From positions 1-52,993 of the IMG/VR virus record IMGVR_UViG_3300025083_000046: a stretch of 52,993 bases of DNA. One strand, given 5' to 3'. Shown here in pieces: positions 1 to 9,642 of this stretch (the first letter of the stretch is position 1; each line of letters begins with the position of its first letter). The notes below the pieces were generated by a model. That model worked only from the letters and a program-made list of their open reading frames with translations. It made no database searches and was not told the origin of the DNA. The DNA comes from a virus (Duplodnaviria; Caudoviricetes). Both the position numbers and the translations under genes were made by a program.

Positions 1-474
1 CATATAGGAAACTATCTATTTGAAACGGGTCAGTTTACTTTTGATGCAAACTCATCAATGTATGTGCAGGCATCGGTAAAGGACTCCACAAACACTTTAG
101 GTGGTGACGGTCAGATTCTTGTTTCAAACGCAAGCGGTAAACTAATTTGGCAAGACAGTGTACCTACAACGGTACGCTCAAGTGCGTTGACTACCACAAA
201 TATTATTCTTGCTGACAAGAATGGTGTTGTTATTACAACTGCATCAACAGCTACTGACGTAAGGATACCTACGAATGCAGGTGCAGCATTCCCTATAGGG
301 ACTAAGATAACCATCATTCAAGAGGGGTCGGGTACTGCTACTGTAGTGGGAACAGCGGGTGTGACACTTCAGTCAGCTCAAGGACACGATAGGTTGACTC
401 ATCAGTATTCAGTAGCCACTGTTGTGAAGACAGCCATAGACACTTGGTATCTGTACGGAGACATAAAAGCATAG
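1..474 (+). CDS. C-terminal part of a virion fibre/structural protein (5'-truncated by the window edge)
   Basis: Frame is open from base 1 (HIGNYLFETGQF...) through the ATG at 58. T/G/V-rich beta-type sequence ending ...WYLYGDIKA, a common fibre C-terminal pattern. Confidence 0.6.
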   Translation, partial: HIGNYLFETGQFTFDANSSMYVQASVKDSTNTLGGDGQILVSNASGKLIWQDSVPTTVRSSALTTTNIILADKNGVVITTASTATDVRIPTNAGAAFPIGTKITIIQEGSGTATVVGTAGVTLQSAQGHDRLTHQYSVATVVKTAIDTWYLYGDIKA

Positions 475-693
475 ATGATACGAAAAGTTTCCATAGGTAC
501 AGATTATAAAGCGGCTATGCATTATGTGCTAGGTCAATCTGTGTTAGGAGGGAACTACACGATACATTTAATTCAGATAGACGATAAGTCGGGTAACACA
601 AAAATTTGGATAGAAGCAAAAAATGAGGTTGTACTTTGGAAAGAGTTCAGTTCATCGATGCCGATATCTATAGAGTACAATATAAATTTTTAA
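475..693 (+). CDS. hypothetical protein, 72 aa
   Basis: ATG abuts the previous stop; plausible globular composition; tightly packed with the next gene. Confidence 0.75.
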   Translation: MIRKVSIGTDYKAAMHYVLGQSVLGGNYTIHLIQIDDKSGNTKIWIEAKNEVVLWKEFSSSMPISIEYNINF

Positions 694-697
694 TATA

Positions 698-1261
698 ATG
701 AAATCACCCCATTGCTTTATTGTAAAGCCAATAGGGGGTAGACGTTACGACAATCTAAAGAAAATAGGAGGTATAGATTTTATAACCTCATCTTCAAAGG
801 AAGATCATACTGTTTCAAATAGGTTCGCTAAAGTAATCGAGACACCCCTAAGATATTCCGGAGACATTCAGGTTGGAGACACTTTATTAGTTCATCATAA
901 TGCATTTAAGTTTTATAACGATATGCAAGGTAAAGAGAGGAGTGGTAGAAGTTTTTTCAAAGAAGATTTATTTTTAATTGATGAGGATCAATACTTTGCA
1001 TATTCACATGATGGAGTTTGGAAAAGTAGAGATAAGTTTTGTTTTATAAAACCTGTACCTCCAAAAAAATACACCATAGATAAAGCCATAAAAGAAGAAG
1101 AACTTATTGGTGTATTGAAGTATGGAAATAAATTTCTATCTTCAATGGGAGTTAATGAGGGGGACGAGGTAGGATTTGTTCCTGACTCAGAGTATGAATT
1201 TAATATTGATGGTGAAAAGTTATATCGAATGTATAACCATGCTATTTGTGTAAAGACATGA
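698..1261 (+). CDS. GroES/Cpn10-like co-chaperonin, two tandem GroES-like halves
   Basis: Two repeats of a GroES-like pattern (FIVKP...IQVGDTLLV; FIKP...GVNEGDEVGF...EFNIDGEKLYRM), upstream of the terminase. Confidence 0.65.
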   Translation: MKSPHCFIVKPIGGRRYDNLKKIGGIDFITSSSKEDHTVSNRFAKVIETPLRYSGDIQVGDTLLVHHNAFKFYNDMQGKERSGRSFFKEDLFLIDEDQYFAYSHDGVWKSRDKFCFIKPVPPKKYTIDKAIKEEELIGVLKYGNKFLSSMGVNEGDEVGFVPDSEYEFNIDGEKLYRMYNHAICVKT

Positions 1262-1533
1262 ACGTAGACGATTTAAAAAAACAAATCATAGACGCTGGCG
1301 AAAGGGCGGTGAAGCAATTGATAAAGGTTGCAAAAGAAGATATTATCAAGCCCGATCCAGATGATGAGCTTGCAGCAGATAGATTAAAGAATGCTGCTGC
1401 TACAAAGAAGTTAGCCATATTCGATGCGTTTGAGATTCTAACAAGAATTGAAGGAGAGAGAGAACTATTAAATAAAGGAGTTGATAAAGTAGTAGACTCC
1501 AAACAAGGATTTGCAGAAAGACGAGCTAAATAG
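1258..1533 (+). CDS. probable terminase small subunit (helical hypothetical protein)
   Basis: ATG at 1258 overlaps the previous stop (ATGA). Small charged helical protein directly before the large terminase; function is positional inference only. Confidence 0.5.
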   Translation: MNVDDLKKQIIDAGERAVKQLIKVAKEDIIKPDPDDELAADRLKNAAATKKLAIFDAFEILTRIEGERELLNKGVDKVVDSKQGFAERRAK

Positions 1534-3757
1534 CATATACAAAGAGGTGTTCGATATAATACCTACCACTGTTCTAAAGAATAAGAACAGAGCAAAGTCT
1601 TGGCTATATGGTTACAATCAGAAGTATGATATTGTTGTAATATCAAAGACTGGGGAGATAGGCCCGATATATAATATTAGTGGTCTACTTGTAGCACTTC
1701 CAAAACCTCCATCTAATCCAATATCAAGAAGTAAGGTAAAGAGTGAGCAGTATTGGGAAAGACAAGACTATCCTAAGCAGTTGTCTAAAATTAAATCAAT
1801 ATTCCAATGGAACGAAATGCCTTCGGCATTTAAAAATTTATGGGTAGATTATATTGAGACAGAGTTTGATCGTAGAGAGTATGGGCATTGGTTTATGCGT
1901 AATGGTAAACCTACTTATATCACTGGTTCTCATTATATGTATTTACAATGGACAAAGATTGATGTGGGATATCCTGACTTCCGGGAGGCTAATAGAATAT
2001 TTTATATATTCTGGGAGGCGTGTAAGGCTGACCATAGATCATTTGGAATTTGTTATTTAAAGATAAGACGTTCAGGATTTTCATTCATGGCATCTGAAGA
2101 ATGCACCAACATAGGAACTCTAGCAAAAGATGCTCGTATTGGAATCTTGTCTAAGACTGGAGCTGATGCCAAGAAAATGTTTACCGACAAGGTTGTTCCT
2201 ATATCAAACAACTATCCATTCTTTTTTAAACCCATACAAGATGGTATGGACAAACCAAAGACTGAGTTGGCATATAGAATACCAGCATCCAAGATTACCA
2301 AAAAGAATATGTCTACCATAGATGAAAACGATATGGAGGGGCTAGACACTACTATTGACTGGAAGAATACTTCTGACAACAGTTATGATGGTGAGAAGCT
2401 ACAGCTACTAATCCATGATGAGAGTGGTAAGTGGGATAAGCCTGATAACATATTAAATAACTGGCGTGTTACAAAGACTTGTCTTAGGTTGGGTAGTAAG
2501 GTTATTGGTAAGTGTATGATGGGTTCAACATCTAATGCTTTAGAAAAAGGAGGAGGTAACTTCAAGAGTCTATATAATGATTCCAATGTAAAGAACAGAA
2601 ATGCGAATGGTCAAACAAAGAGTGGACTGTATAGTTTGTTTATTCCTATGGAGTGGAATATGGAAGGGTTTATAGATAGATATGGAAATCCAGTATTAAG
2701 AACACCTGATAAACCTGTTGAAGGTATTGACGATATGCTTATAGATACAGGAGCAATAGACTATTGGGAGAACGAAGTTGATTCTTTAAAGTCAGATCCT
2801 GATGCCTTAAACGAATACTATCGTCAGTTTCCTAGAAATGAATCACACGCTTTTAGAGATGAGAGTAAACAATCGTTATTTAATCTAACAAAGATATATG
2901 CTCAGATAGATTACAATGAAAGTTTAATACAACAACAGTTTTTAACTAAGGGTACATTTAAGTGGTTAAATGGAGAGAAGGATACTAAAGTAGTTTGGAC
3001 TCCTGATAATCGTGGTAGATTTTTAGTTTCTTGGTTGCCGAGTGCAGCATTACAAAACAACATTATAACAAAGGGTGGAAGAAAACTTCCAGGTAATGAA
3101 CACATCGGAGCGTTTGGATGTGACTCCTATGATATATCAGGAACGGTGGGTGGTGGTGCATCTAATGGTGCGCTTCATGGGTTGACAAAGTTTCACATGG
3201 ACGATGCTCCAACAAATGAGTTTTTCTTACAATACATAGCAAGACCTCAGACTGCTGAGATATTTTTTGAAGAAGTATTAATGGCTTGTATATTTTATGG
3301 TATGCCTATACTTGTAGAAAATAATAAGCCAAGGCTACTATATCATTTCAAGAATAGAGGATATAGAGGGTTTAGTATTAATAGACCTGATAAGCATATA
3401 TCAAAACTTTCTAGAACTGAAAAAGAATTAGGTGGTATACCAAACTCTAGTGAAGATGTAAAGCAGGCTCATGCGACAGCTATAGAGTCTTACATTGAAA
3501 AATACGTTGGTATAGATATGGAGTCAACCTATCGAGAGTCTGATGAAATGGGGTCTATGTATTTCACAAGAACCTTAGAAGATTGGGCAAAGTTTAATAT
3601 AAACAATAGAACAAAGTTTGATGCTACAATTAGTTCAGGCTTGGCCATAATGGCGTGTCAAAAGCATATATATACACCACAAAAAACAGAGTCAAAAATA
3701 AGTATTAACTTTGCAAGGTATAGTAACACAGGTTCTATAAGTGAATTAAGGAAGTAA
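1511..3757 (+). CDS. terL: terminase large subunit
   Basis: Walker A-like LKIRRSGFS, Walker B LLIHDESGK, coupling motif MGSTSN, RNase H-like nuclease start AFGCDSYD, and late acidic KFDATIS; lies before the portal. The TTG start is uncertain. Confidence 0.9.
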   Translation: MQKDELNSIYKEVFDIIPTTVLKNKNRAKSWLYGYNQKYDIVVISKTGEIGPIYNISGLLVALPKPPSNPISRSKVKSEQYWERQDYPKQLSKIKSIFQWNEMPSAFKNLWVDYIETEFDRREYGHWFMRNGKPTYITGSHYMYLQWTKIDVGYPDFREANRIFYIFWEACKADHRSFGICYLKIRRSGFSFMASEECTNIGTLAKDARIGILSKTGADAKKMFTDKVVPISNNYPFFFKPIQDGMDKPKTELAYRIPASKITKKNMSTIDENDMEGLDTTIDWKNTSDNSYDGEKLQLLIHDESGKWDKPDNILNNWRVTKTCLRLGSKVIGKCMMGSTSNALEKGGGNFKSLYNDSNVKNRNANGQTKSGLYSLFIPMEWNMEGFIDRYGNPVLRTPDKPVEGIDDMLIDTGAIDYWENEVDSLKSDPDALNEYYRQFPRNESHAFRDESKQSLFNLTKIYAQIDYNESLIQQQFLTKGTFKWLNGEKDTKVVWTPDNRGRFLVSWLPSAALQNNIITKGGRKLPGNEHIGAFGCDSYDISGTVGGGASNGALHGLTKFHMDDAPTNEFFLQYIARPQTAEIFFEEVLMACIFYGMPILVENNKPRLLYHFKNRGYRGFSINRPDKHISKLSRTEKELGGIPNSSEDVKQAHATAIESYIEKYVGIDMESTYRESDEMGSMYFTRTLEDWAKFNINNRTKFDATISSGLAIMACQKHIYTPQKTESKISINFARYSNTGSISELRK
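3706..3713 (+). promoter_or_regulatory. Bacteroidota-type -7 promoter element (TAACTTTG) upstream of the portal gene
   Basis: Matches TAnnTTTG, about 45 nt before the portal ATG; no clear -33 element checked. Confidence 0.35.
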
Positions 3758-6193
3758 ATGAGAGAGGTAACGGTAAACATATCGCCTACAGGATTCCCAA
3801 GTCAGTTTGTTTCAGACGCTGAAAAGAAAACCGATGAGTTCGGTTTGCAGATTGGACAAGCTATTCAGTATGAGTGGTTTAAAAAAGATGGGACAAATTG
3901 TAGATTCTATAGCCAATGGGCAGAATTTAATAGATTAAGACTGTATGCTAGAGGTGAGCAGTCAATAGCAAAGTATAAGAATGAAATCGCCATAGATGGT
4001 GATTTGTCTTACATTAATTTAGATTGGACACCTGTACCTATTCTTCCAAAGTTTGTTGATATTGTTGTCAATGGAATGTCAGATAGACTATTCCATGTTA
4101 GAGCATATTCTCAAGATGCTTTATCAGCAGAGAAACGTTCTCAATATCAAGACATGATTGAAGCAGATATGGTTGCTCGTCCTGTACTAGAACAAATAAG
4201 TAAAGACTTTGGGGTTGATCCTTTTATGACTGACCCGCAAGAACTTCCTACTAATGACCAAGAGCTGTCATTATATATGCAATTGAATTATAAACCAGGT
4301 ATAGAGATAGCAGAAGAAGAAGCTATTAATACTGTGCTTGAAGAGAATCATTATCAAGATGTTAGAAAGCGAGTTGATTATGATCTCACAGTGCTAGGTA
4401 TAGGATGTACTAAGCATCAATTTTTACCCGGTCAAGGTATTCAGGTTGAATATGTAGACCCAGCAAATATTGTTTACAGCTATACCGAAGATCCTCACTT
4501 TAAAGATTGTTTTTACTGGGGAGAGATTAAGACTGTTCCAATGACAGAGTTGGTAAAAATTAATCCTGACATTACTGACAAGCAGATGGAAGAGATTAGC
4601 AAGTATAGTCAGTCTTGGTACGATTATTACAATGTGGCTCAACAATATCAGAACGATATATTTTATAGGGACTCTTGTACATTATTATACTTCAACTATA
4701 AAACCACAAACACATTTACTCATAAAAAGAAAAGACTTGAGTCTGGTGGGTATAAGGTAATTGAAAAGGATGACCAATTCAATCCACCTGCTGAAATGAT
4801 GGAAGAAGGTAGGTTTGAAAAGGTAGAAAAGAAAATAGAGGTTTGGTACGAAGGTATCATGGTTATGGGTACAAATATAATATTGAGATGGGAGATGATG
4901 GAGAACATGGTTCGTCCAAAGTCTGCTAGTCAATATGCTATGCCTAGTTATGTGGCGTGCGCTCCTAGAATGTACAAAGGAAACATTGAATCATTAGTTA
5001 GAAGAATGATTCCATTTGCTGACCTTATTCAAATTACTCATTTAAAGTTACAACAAGTAGTTTCTAGAGTTGTGCCTGATGGTGTGTTTATAGATGCCGA
5101 TGGTCTTAATGAAGTAGACTTAGGAACAGGTCAAGCATATAACCCTGAAGATGCACTTAGAATGTACTTTCAAACAGGTAGCGTTATTGGTAGAAGTTAT
5201 ACTCAAGATGGAGATTATAACCAAGCAAAAGTTCCTGTTACGCAGTTAACTGCAAATTCAGGTCAGGCTAAGATGGCTGCTTTGATTGGAAACTATAATC
5301 ATTATCTAGACATGATTCGTTCAGTCACAGGACTAAACGAGGCAAGAGACGGATCAACACCTGACCCTAACTCTTTGGTTGGTGTTCAAAAGTTGGCAGC
5401 ATTAAACTCAAACACTGCAACTAGACATATATTAGATGCTAGTCTTTATATTACACGCACAATTGCTGAAGGACTTTCTTGTCGTATATCGGACTTGTTA
5501 GAGTACGCAGATTTCAAAGATGAGTTTGCTATGCAGATAGGTAAATACAATGTTGGTATACTTGATGAGATTAAAGACTTGTATATATATGACTTCGGAG
5601 TATTTATAGATGTTGCTCCTGATGAAGAGCAAAAGCAGAAGTTAGAAGAGAATATACAAATGGCTTTATCTAAAGGAGACATAAACTTAGAAGACGCTAT
5701 AGATATTCGTGAGCTTCGTAATATTAAGTTGGCAAATCAATTGCTAAAAGTTAAGCGTACACAGAAGGCTGAGAAAGATCAGCAGATGGCTATGCAACAA
5801 CAGCAACAGCAGGCAGAGATTAATATGCAGTCACAACAGATGGCGGCACAAACTGCTATGCAAAAATTAGAAGCAGAGACTCAGTCTAAGATGCAAATCA
5901 AACAAGCAGAGATTGCATTTGAGATTGATAAGATGCAACAAGAAGCTCAATTGAAATTTGCATTAATGGAGAAAGAATTCCAATTAAATATGCAGATTAA
6001 AGGTGTAGAACAAAATGGATTAGCGGATAGAGAGGTTCAACGTGAAGACGCTAAGTCACAACGTATCAGTCAGCAAAATACTCAACAGTCTAAATTAATA
6101 GATCAGCGTAAAAAAGATTTACCACCTATTGATTTTGAATCAAATGAAGATTCATTAGATGGCTTTGACTTTGCTGAGTTTAACCCTAGATAG
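3758..6193 (+). CDS. portal protein
   Basis: 811 aa, directly after terL, with a long Q/M-rich C-terminal coiled coil (P22-like barrel), as in podovirus/crAss-type portals. Confidence 0.85.
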   Translation: MREVTVNISPTGFPSQFVSDAEKKTDEFGLQIGQAIQYEWFKKDGTNCRFYSQWAEFNRLRLYARGEQSIAKYKNEIAIDGDLSYINLDWTPVPILPKFVDIVVNGMSDRLFHVRAYSQDALSAEKRSQYQDMIEADMVARPVLEQISKDFGVDPFMTDPQELPTNDQELSLYMQLNYKPGIEIAEEEAINTVLEENHYQDVRKRVDYDLTVLGIGCTKHQFLPGQGIQVEYVDPANIVYSYTEDPHFKDCFYWGEIKTVPMTELVKINPDITDKQMEEISKYSQSWYDYYNVAQQYQNDIFYRDSCTLLYFNYKTTNTFTHKKKRLESGGYKVIEKDDQFNPPAEMMEEGRFEKVEKKIEVWYEGIMVMGTNIILRWEMMENMVRPKSASQYAMPSYVACAPRMYKGNIESLVRRMIPFADLIQITHLKLQQVVSRVVPDGVFIDADGLNEVDLGTGQAYNPEDALRMYFQTGSVIGRSYTQDGDYNQAKVPVTQLTANSGQAKMAALIGNYNHYLDMIRSVTGLNEARDGSTPDPNSLVGVQKLAALNSNTATRHILDASLYITRTIAEGLSCRISDLLEYADFKDEFAMQIGKYNVGILDEIKDLYIYDFGVFIDVAPDEEQKQKLEENIQMALSKGDINLEDAIDIRELRNIKLANQLLKVKRTQKAEKDQQMAMQQQQQQAEINMQSQQMAAQTAMQKLEAETQSKMQIKQAEIAFEIDKMQQEAQLKFALMEKEFQLNMQIKGVEQNGLADREVQREDAKSQRISQQNTQQSKLIDQRKKDLPPIDFESNEDSLDGFDFAEFNPR

Positions 6194-6210
6194 GGATAAA
6201 TTTTTTATTG

Positions 6211-6218
6211 TAACTTTG
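6211..6218 (+). promoter_or_regulatory. Bacteroidota-type -7 promoter element (TAACTTTG)
   Basis: Intergenic, 15 nt before the scaffold ATG; the same motif recurs before several late genes. Confidence 0.55.
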
Positions 6219-6233
6219 TAAAAATTAAATTAA

Positions 6234-7373
6234 ATGGAAATTAAAGTAAGAGCAGTAGAGGATCATGGAGAAAAGTCAGTTCAAGAAGTTGAACAAGAGT
6301 TGCTTGAGAAGCATGAACAACAACTTGAAGAAAGTGGTAGTAACGAATCAGGAAATGAATCAAGCCCTCCGAGTGCCGCCTCCACGCAAGAGCAAGAAGA
6401 TATACAGCCGCAAGGCGAAACACAAACTCAATCCTCAGAGTTAAAAGAGGAAGACGTTCTTTCATATATAGGAAAAAGATATGGTAGAGAAATATCATCT
6501 TTAGATGAACTAAATCAAGTTCGAGAAGAAGCTGAAGAGCTTCCTGAAGATGTGGCTACCTATCTTAAATTTAAAAAAGAAACTGGTAGAGGTTTAAATG
6601 ATTTTGTTAGTGCTAACAAAAATTATGATGACCTTGAGCCAGACCAACTCTTAGCAGATTATTATCGTCAGACTCAGAAGGAGTTAGATGCGGAAGATAT
6701 TAGTTACCTCATCAAAGACAAATTCGGTTATGATGAAGATTATGACGAAGATGATGTCATAAAGAAAAAGAATATCGCTAAGAAAAAGGAGCTTGCTAAA
6801 GCTAAAAATTTCTTTGAGGAATATAAGCAGAAATACTCAACCCCTCTAGAGTCTAGTACGGGGATGCCTTCTGTTGAAAACCAAGAAGAGTTTGAGGCTT
6901 ACAAGAAATATATAGATGATGCAAAGACGTATCAAGAGGAGCTAGAGAGAAAGTCAAATTGGTTTGTAAATAAAACCGAGGAGGTGTTCAACGATGATTT
7001 CAAAGGTTTTGATTTCAATATTGGAGAACAGCAAATAACATTTTCGCCTGGTGATAAGTCTGAGTTAAAGAAGAATCAGCTAGATGTAAACAACTTTGTA
7101 AATAAGTTTCTAGATGAATCGGGAATGATGAAGGATGCCAAAGGATATCATCGAGCATTATCGATTGCAATGAACCCTGAAAAGTTTGCTCAATTTTTTT
7201 ATGAGCAAGGGAAAGCTGATACGGTTACAGAGTCTGCAAAGAAGTCGAAGAATATAAACTTCAATTCTGTGCGATCTACACCAGAGGTTACCAACAAGGG
7301 GGGGACGCAAATTAAGGCACTCAGTTCGACTTCGAGCCGGGGTCTTAAAATTAGATCGAAAAAAAATAACTAA
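6234..7373 (+). CDS. capsid scaffolding/assembly protein
   Basis: Very acidic, helical 379-aa protein between portal and major capsid, with a basic C-terminal tail. Confidence 0.7.
   Translation: MEIKVRAVEDHGEKSVQEVEQELLEKHEQQLEESGSNESGNESSPPSAASTQEQEDIQPQGETQTQSSELKEEDVLSYIGKRYGREISSLDELNQVREEAEELPEDVATYLKFKKETGRGLNDFVSANKNYDDLEPDQLLADYYRQTQKELDAEDISYLIKDKFGYDEDYDEDDVIKKKNIAKKKELAKAKNFFEEYKQKYSTPLESSTGMPSVENQEEFEAYKKYIDDAKTYQEELERKSNWFVNKTEEVFNDDFKGFDFNIGEQQITFSPGDKSELKKNQLDVNNFVNKFLDESGMMKDAKGYHRALSIAMNPEKFAQFFYEQGKADTVTESAKKSKNINFNSVRSTPEVTNKGGTQIKALSSTSSRGLKIRSKKNN
6313..6444 (+). CDS. putative overprinted small basic protein (+1 frame inside the scaffold gene) with an ArfA-like motif
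   Basis: Manual translation MNNNLKKVVVTNQEMNQALRVPPPRKSKKIYSRKAKHKLNPQS*; an alternative upstream ATG is at 6265. Locally atypical GC-rich codons in the main frame. Confidence 0.5.
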   Translation: MNNNLKKVVVTNQEMNQALRVPPPRKSKKIYSRKAKHKLNPQS

Positions 7374-7411
7374 AAAAAGTCCTCTGAATAAAATAGGAGG
7401 CATTAAAAAAA

Positions 7412-8827
7412 ATGGCTGGTAATTTAGTCGCTGGTGGAGTTGCGTTGCAACCATCAGCAGAACAGGTAGCATTGTCTACCAATTACATTACAAACTTTGA
7501 TTTCTTGAATCAGTATCTTCCTGATACTTACGAGAAGGAGTTTGAGAGATATGGTAACCGTACCATCTCTGGATTTTTAAGAATGGTTGGCGCAGAGATG
7601 CCATCCAACTCTGACCTCATCAAGTGGGCAGAACAAGGACGTTTGCACACAAAGTACACTGCGTGTACATTAGCTACTTACACTGGTGCTGAAACAACTC
7701 AGACAGTTACAGTTCCACTTGCACAGTTAAACCCTGGTACAGGTGCAATCGCTGTTCGTGTTGGTCAGACAGTTTTTCTTTCAGACGAGACTGCTGCTTC
7801 AACATTTTCTAACAAAGCAATTGTTACTGCTGTTGGAACTGGTGGGCTTGCAGCTAACGAATTCACAATCGCATACTACGAAGCTACTCAAGCTGCTTAC
7901 GCTGCTGCAAGTACTGTTTCTATGTTTGCATATGGTTCTGAGTTTCAAAAAGGAACAAGTGGAATGGTAGGCTCATTAGAGTCTGATGACTTATTCCTTG
8001 AGAACAATCCTATCATCCTAAAAGATACTTACGCTGTAAGTGGGTCAGACATGGCACAGATTGGATGGGTTGAGGTTACAACTGAGAATGGAGCGAATGG
8101 ATACCTTTGGTACTTGAAGTCTGAGCATGAAACAAGATTACGTTTCGATGATATGCTTGAGACTGCAATGATTGAGGCTGTTCCTGCTGCTGCTGGTTCA
8201 GGTGCAGCTACTTCAGGATTTATTGGTTCAGAAGGTATCTTTAGTGCTGTAGGCGCAAGAGGTAATGTTTGGAACGGTGGTTTCCCTGTAGCATTAGCAG
8301 ACTTTGATGCTATCATTTCACGACTTGATAAGCAAGGTGCAATTGAGGAGAATGCAATCTTCCTTGATCGTCAGTTTGGTTTTGCAATCGATGATATGCT
8401 TGCTGCTCAGAACTCTTATGGAGCAGGTGGTACATCTTACGGATTGTTTGACAATGACGAGGAGATGGCACTTAACCTTGGATTCTCAGGATTCCGAAGA
8501 GGTTATGACTTCTACAAGACGGATTGGAAATACCTAAATGACCCAACAATGCGTGGTGATTTAGTTGGTGGTAAAATAAGTGGACTTTTAGTTCCTGCTG
8601 GTTCAACTAGCGTTTACGACCAAGTGTTAGGAAAGAACGCAAAGCGTCCATTCCTTCATGTTCGTTACCGAGCTTCTCAGACTGAGGACAGACGATACAA
8701 AACTTGGATGACTGGTTCTGCTGGTGGTGCAAGAACATCTTCTCTAGATGCAATGGAAGTTAACTTCCTATCTGAGAGAGCTGTTTGTGTCATGGGAGCA
8801 AACAACTTTGTATTATTCCAAGGATAA
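7412..8827 (+). CDS. major capsid protein
   Basis: 471 aa after the scaffold, with highly biased codon usage and a strong downstream terminator. Includes a T/A-rich beta insertion near the N-terminus, like crAss/flavophage capsid proteins. Confidence 0.85.
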   Translation: MAGNLVAGGVALQPSAEQVALSTNYITNFDFLNQYLPDTYEKEFERYGNRTISGFLRMVGAEMPSNSDLIKWAEQGRLHTKYTACTLATYTGAETTQTVTVPLAQLNPGTGAIAVRVGQTVFLSDETAASTFSNKAIVTAVGTGGLAANEFTIAYYEATQAAYAAASTVSMFAYGSEFQKGTSGMVGSLESDDLFLENNPIILKDTYAVSGSDMAQIGWVEVTTENGANGYLWYLKSEHETRLRFDDMLETAMIEAVPAAAGSGAATSGFIGSEGIFSAVGARGNVWNGGFPVALADFDAIISRLDKQGAIEENAIFLDRQFGFAIDDMLAAQNSYGAGGTSYGLFDNDEEMALNLGFSGFRRGYDFYKTDWKYLNDPTMRGDLVGGKISGLLVPAGSTSVYDQVLGKNAKRPFLHVRYRASQTEDRRYKTWMTGSAGGARTSSLDAMEVNFLSERAVCVMGANNFVLFQG

Positions 8828-8840
8828 TATAAAATCAAAT

Positions 8841-8868
8841 AGGGGGAGGTTCGCCTCCCCTTTTTTTT
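8841..8868 (+). terminator. intrinsic terminator after the major capsid gene
   Basis: GGGGAGG-TTCG-CCTCCCC hairpin followed by T8. Confidence 0.9.
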
Positions 8869-8885
8869 AACTTTAATTAAATCAA

Positions 8886-9641
8886 ATGAAAAAAAAGAAC
8901 AACACACCAAAAGACATGATATTTGTCTTAAATCAAACAAACCCTCCATTGAGTTTTATGTTGAACTCTAGAAACTCTTCAAGTAATCCCCTTATGCATT
9001 GGGACGGTTCTCAGAATAGAGCCTTACGTTATGCAAAGAATCAAAAGTCTCCTTTTGAGGATGAGCAAGATGGCAATTTTATTTTAGAGCCTATTGTATT
9101 TGAAGATGGATCTTTGGTTGTTCCAAAGACTAATCCAGCGTTACAACAATTTTTAACCCTCCACCCAGGTTTTAATAAAATATTTAGTTTATTAGATCAT
9201 GAGAAGGAAGCTCAAGAAGATGTAGAGATATTAAACATGGAGGTAGATGCTTTAATAAAAGCAAAAGAATTAAGTCTAGACATGACGCTCACTATTGCTA
9301 GAGTTCAGTTAGGATTAGATGTTGATAAGATTAGTACTTCTGAAATCAAAAGAGATGTTTTAGTTTACGCTAGAAACTATCCAGAAGATTTCTTAATTGC
9401 TATTCAAGATCCAAACCTTTCTGTTCAGGATACTGTTGCTCGATGTTTTGACCAAACTATTCTTCGTTTAAGAAATAAGAATAGAGATGTTTTCATTAAC
9501 CTTCCTAACAACAAGACAAAGTTATTGACGCTTCCTATCGGAGAGGAAAAGAATTATGCTGTTGCGGCATTCTTAAAAACTGATGATGGATTGCCAACTT
9601 TAAAGATGTTAGAGAAACACTTAGAAAAAGAATACGCATAA
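8886..9641 (+). CDS. hypothetical virion-module protein, 251 aa
   Basis: Long ORF with an A-rich leader, directly after the capsid gene. Confidence 0.75.
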   Translation: MKKKNNTPKDMIFVLNQTNPPLSFMLNSRNSSSNPLMHWDGSQNRALRYAKNQKSPFEDEQDGNFILEPIVFEDGSLVVPKTNPALQQFLTLHPGFNKIFSLLDHEKEAQEDVEILNMEVDALIKAKELSLDMTLTIARVQLGLDVDKISTSEIKRDVLVYARNYPEDFLIAIQDPNLSVQDTVARCFDQTILRLRNKNRDVFINLPNNKTKLLTLPIGEEKNYAVAAFLKTDDGLPTLKMLEKHLEKEYA

Positions 9642-9642
9642 T

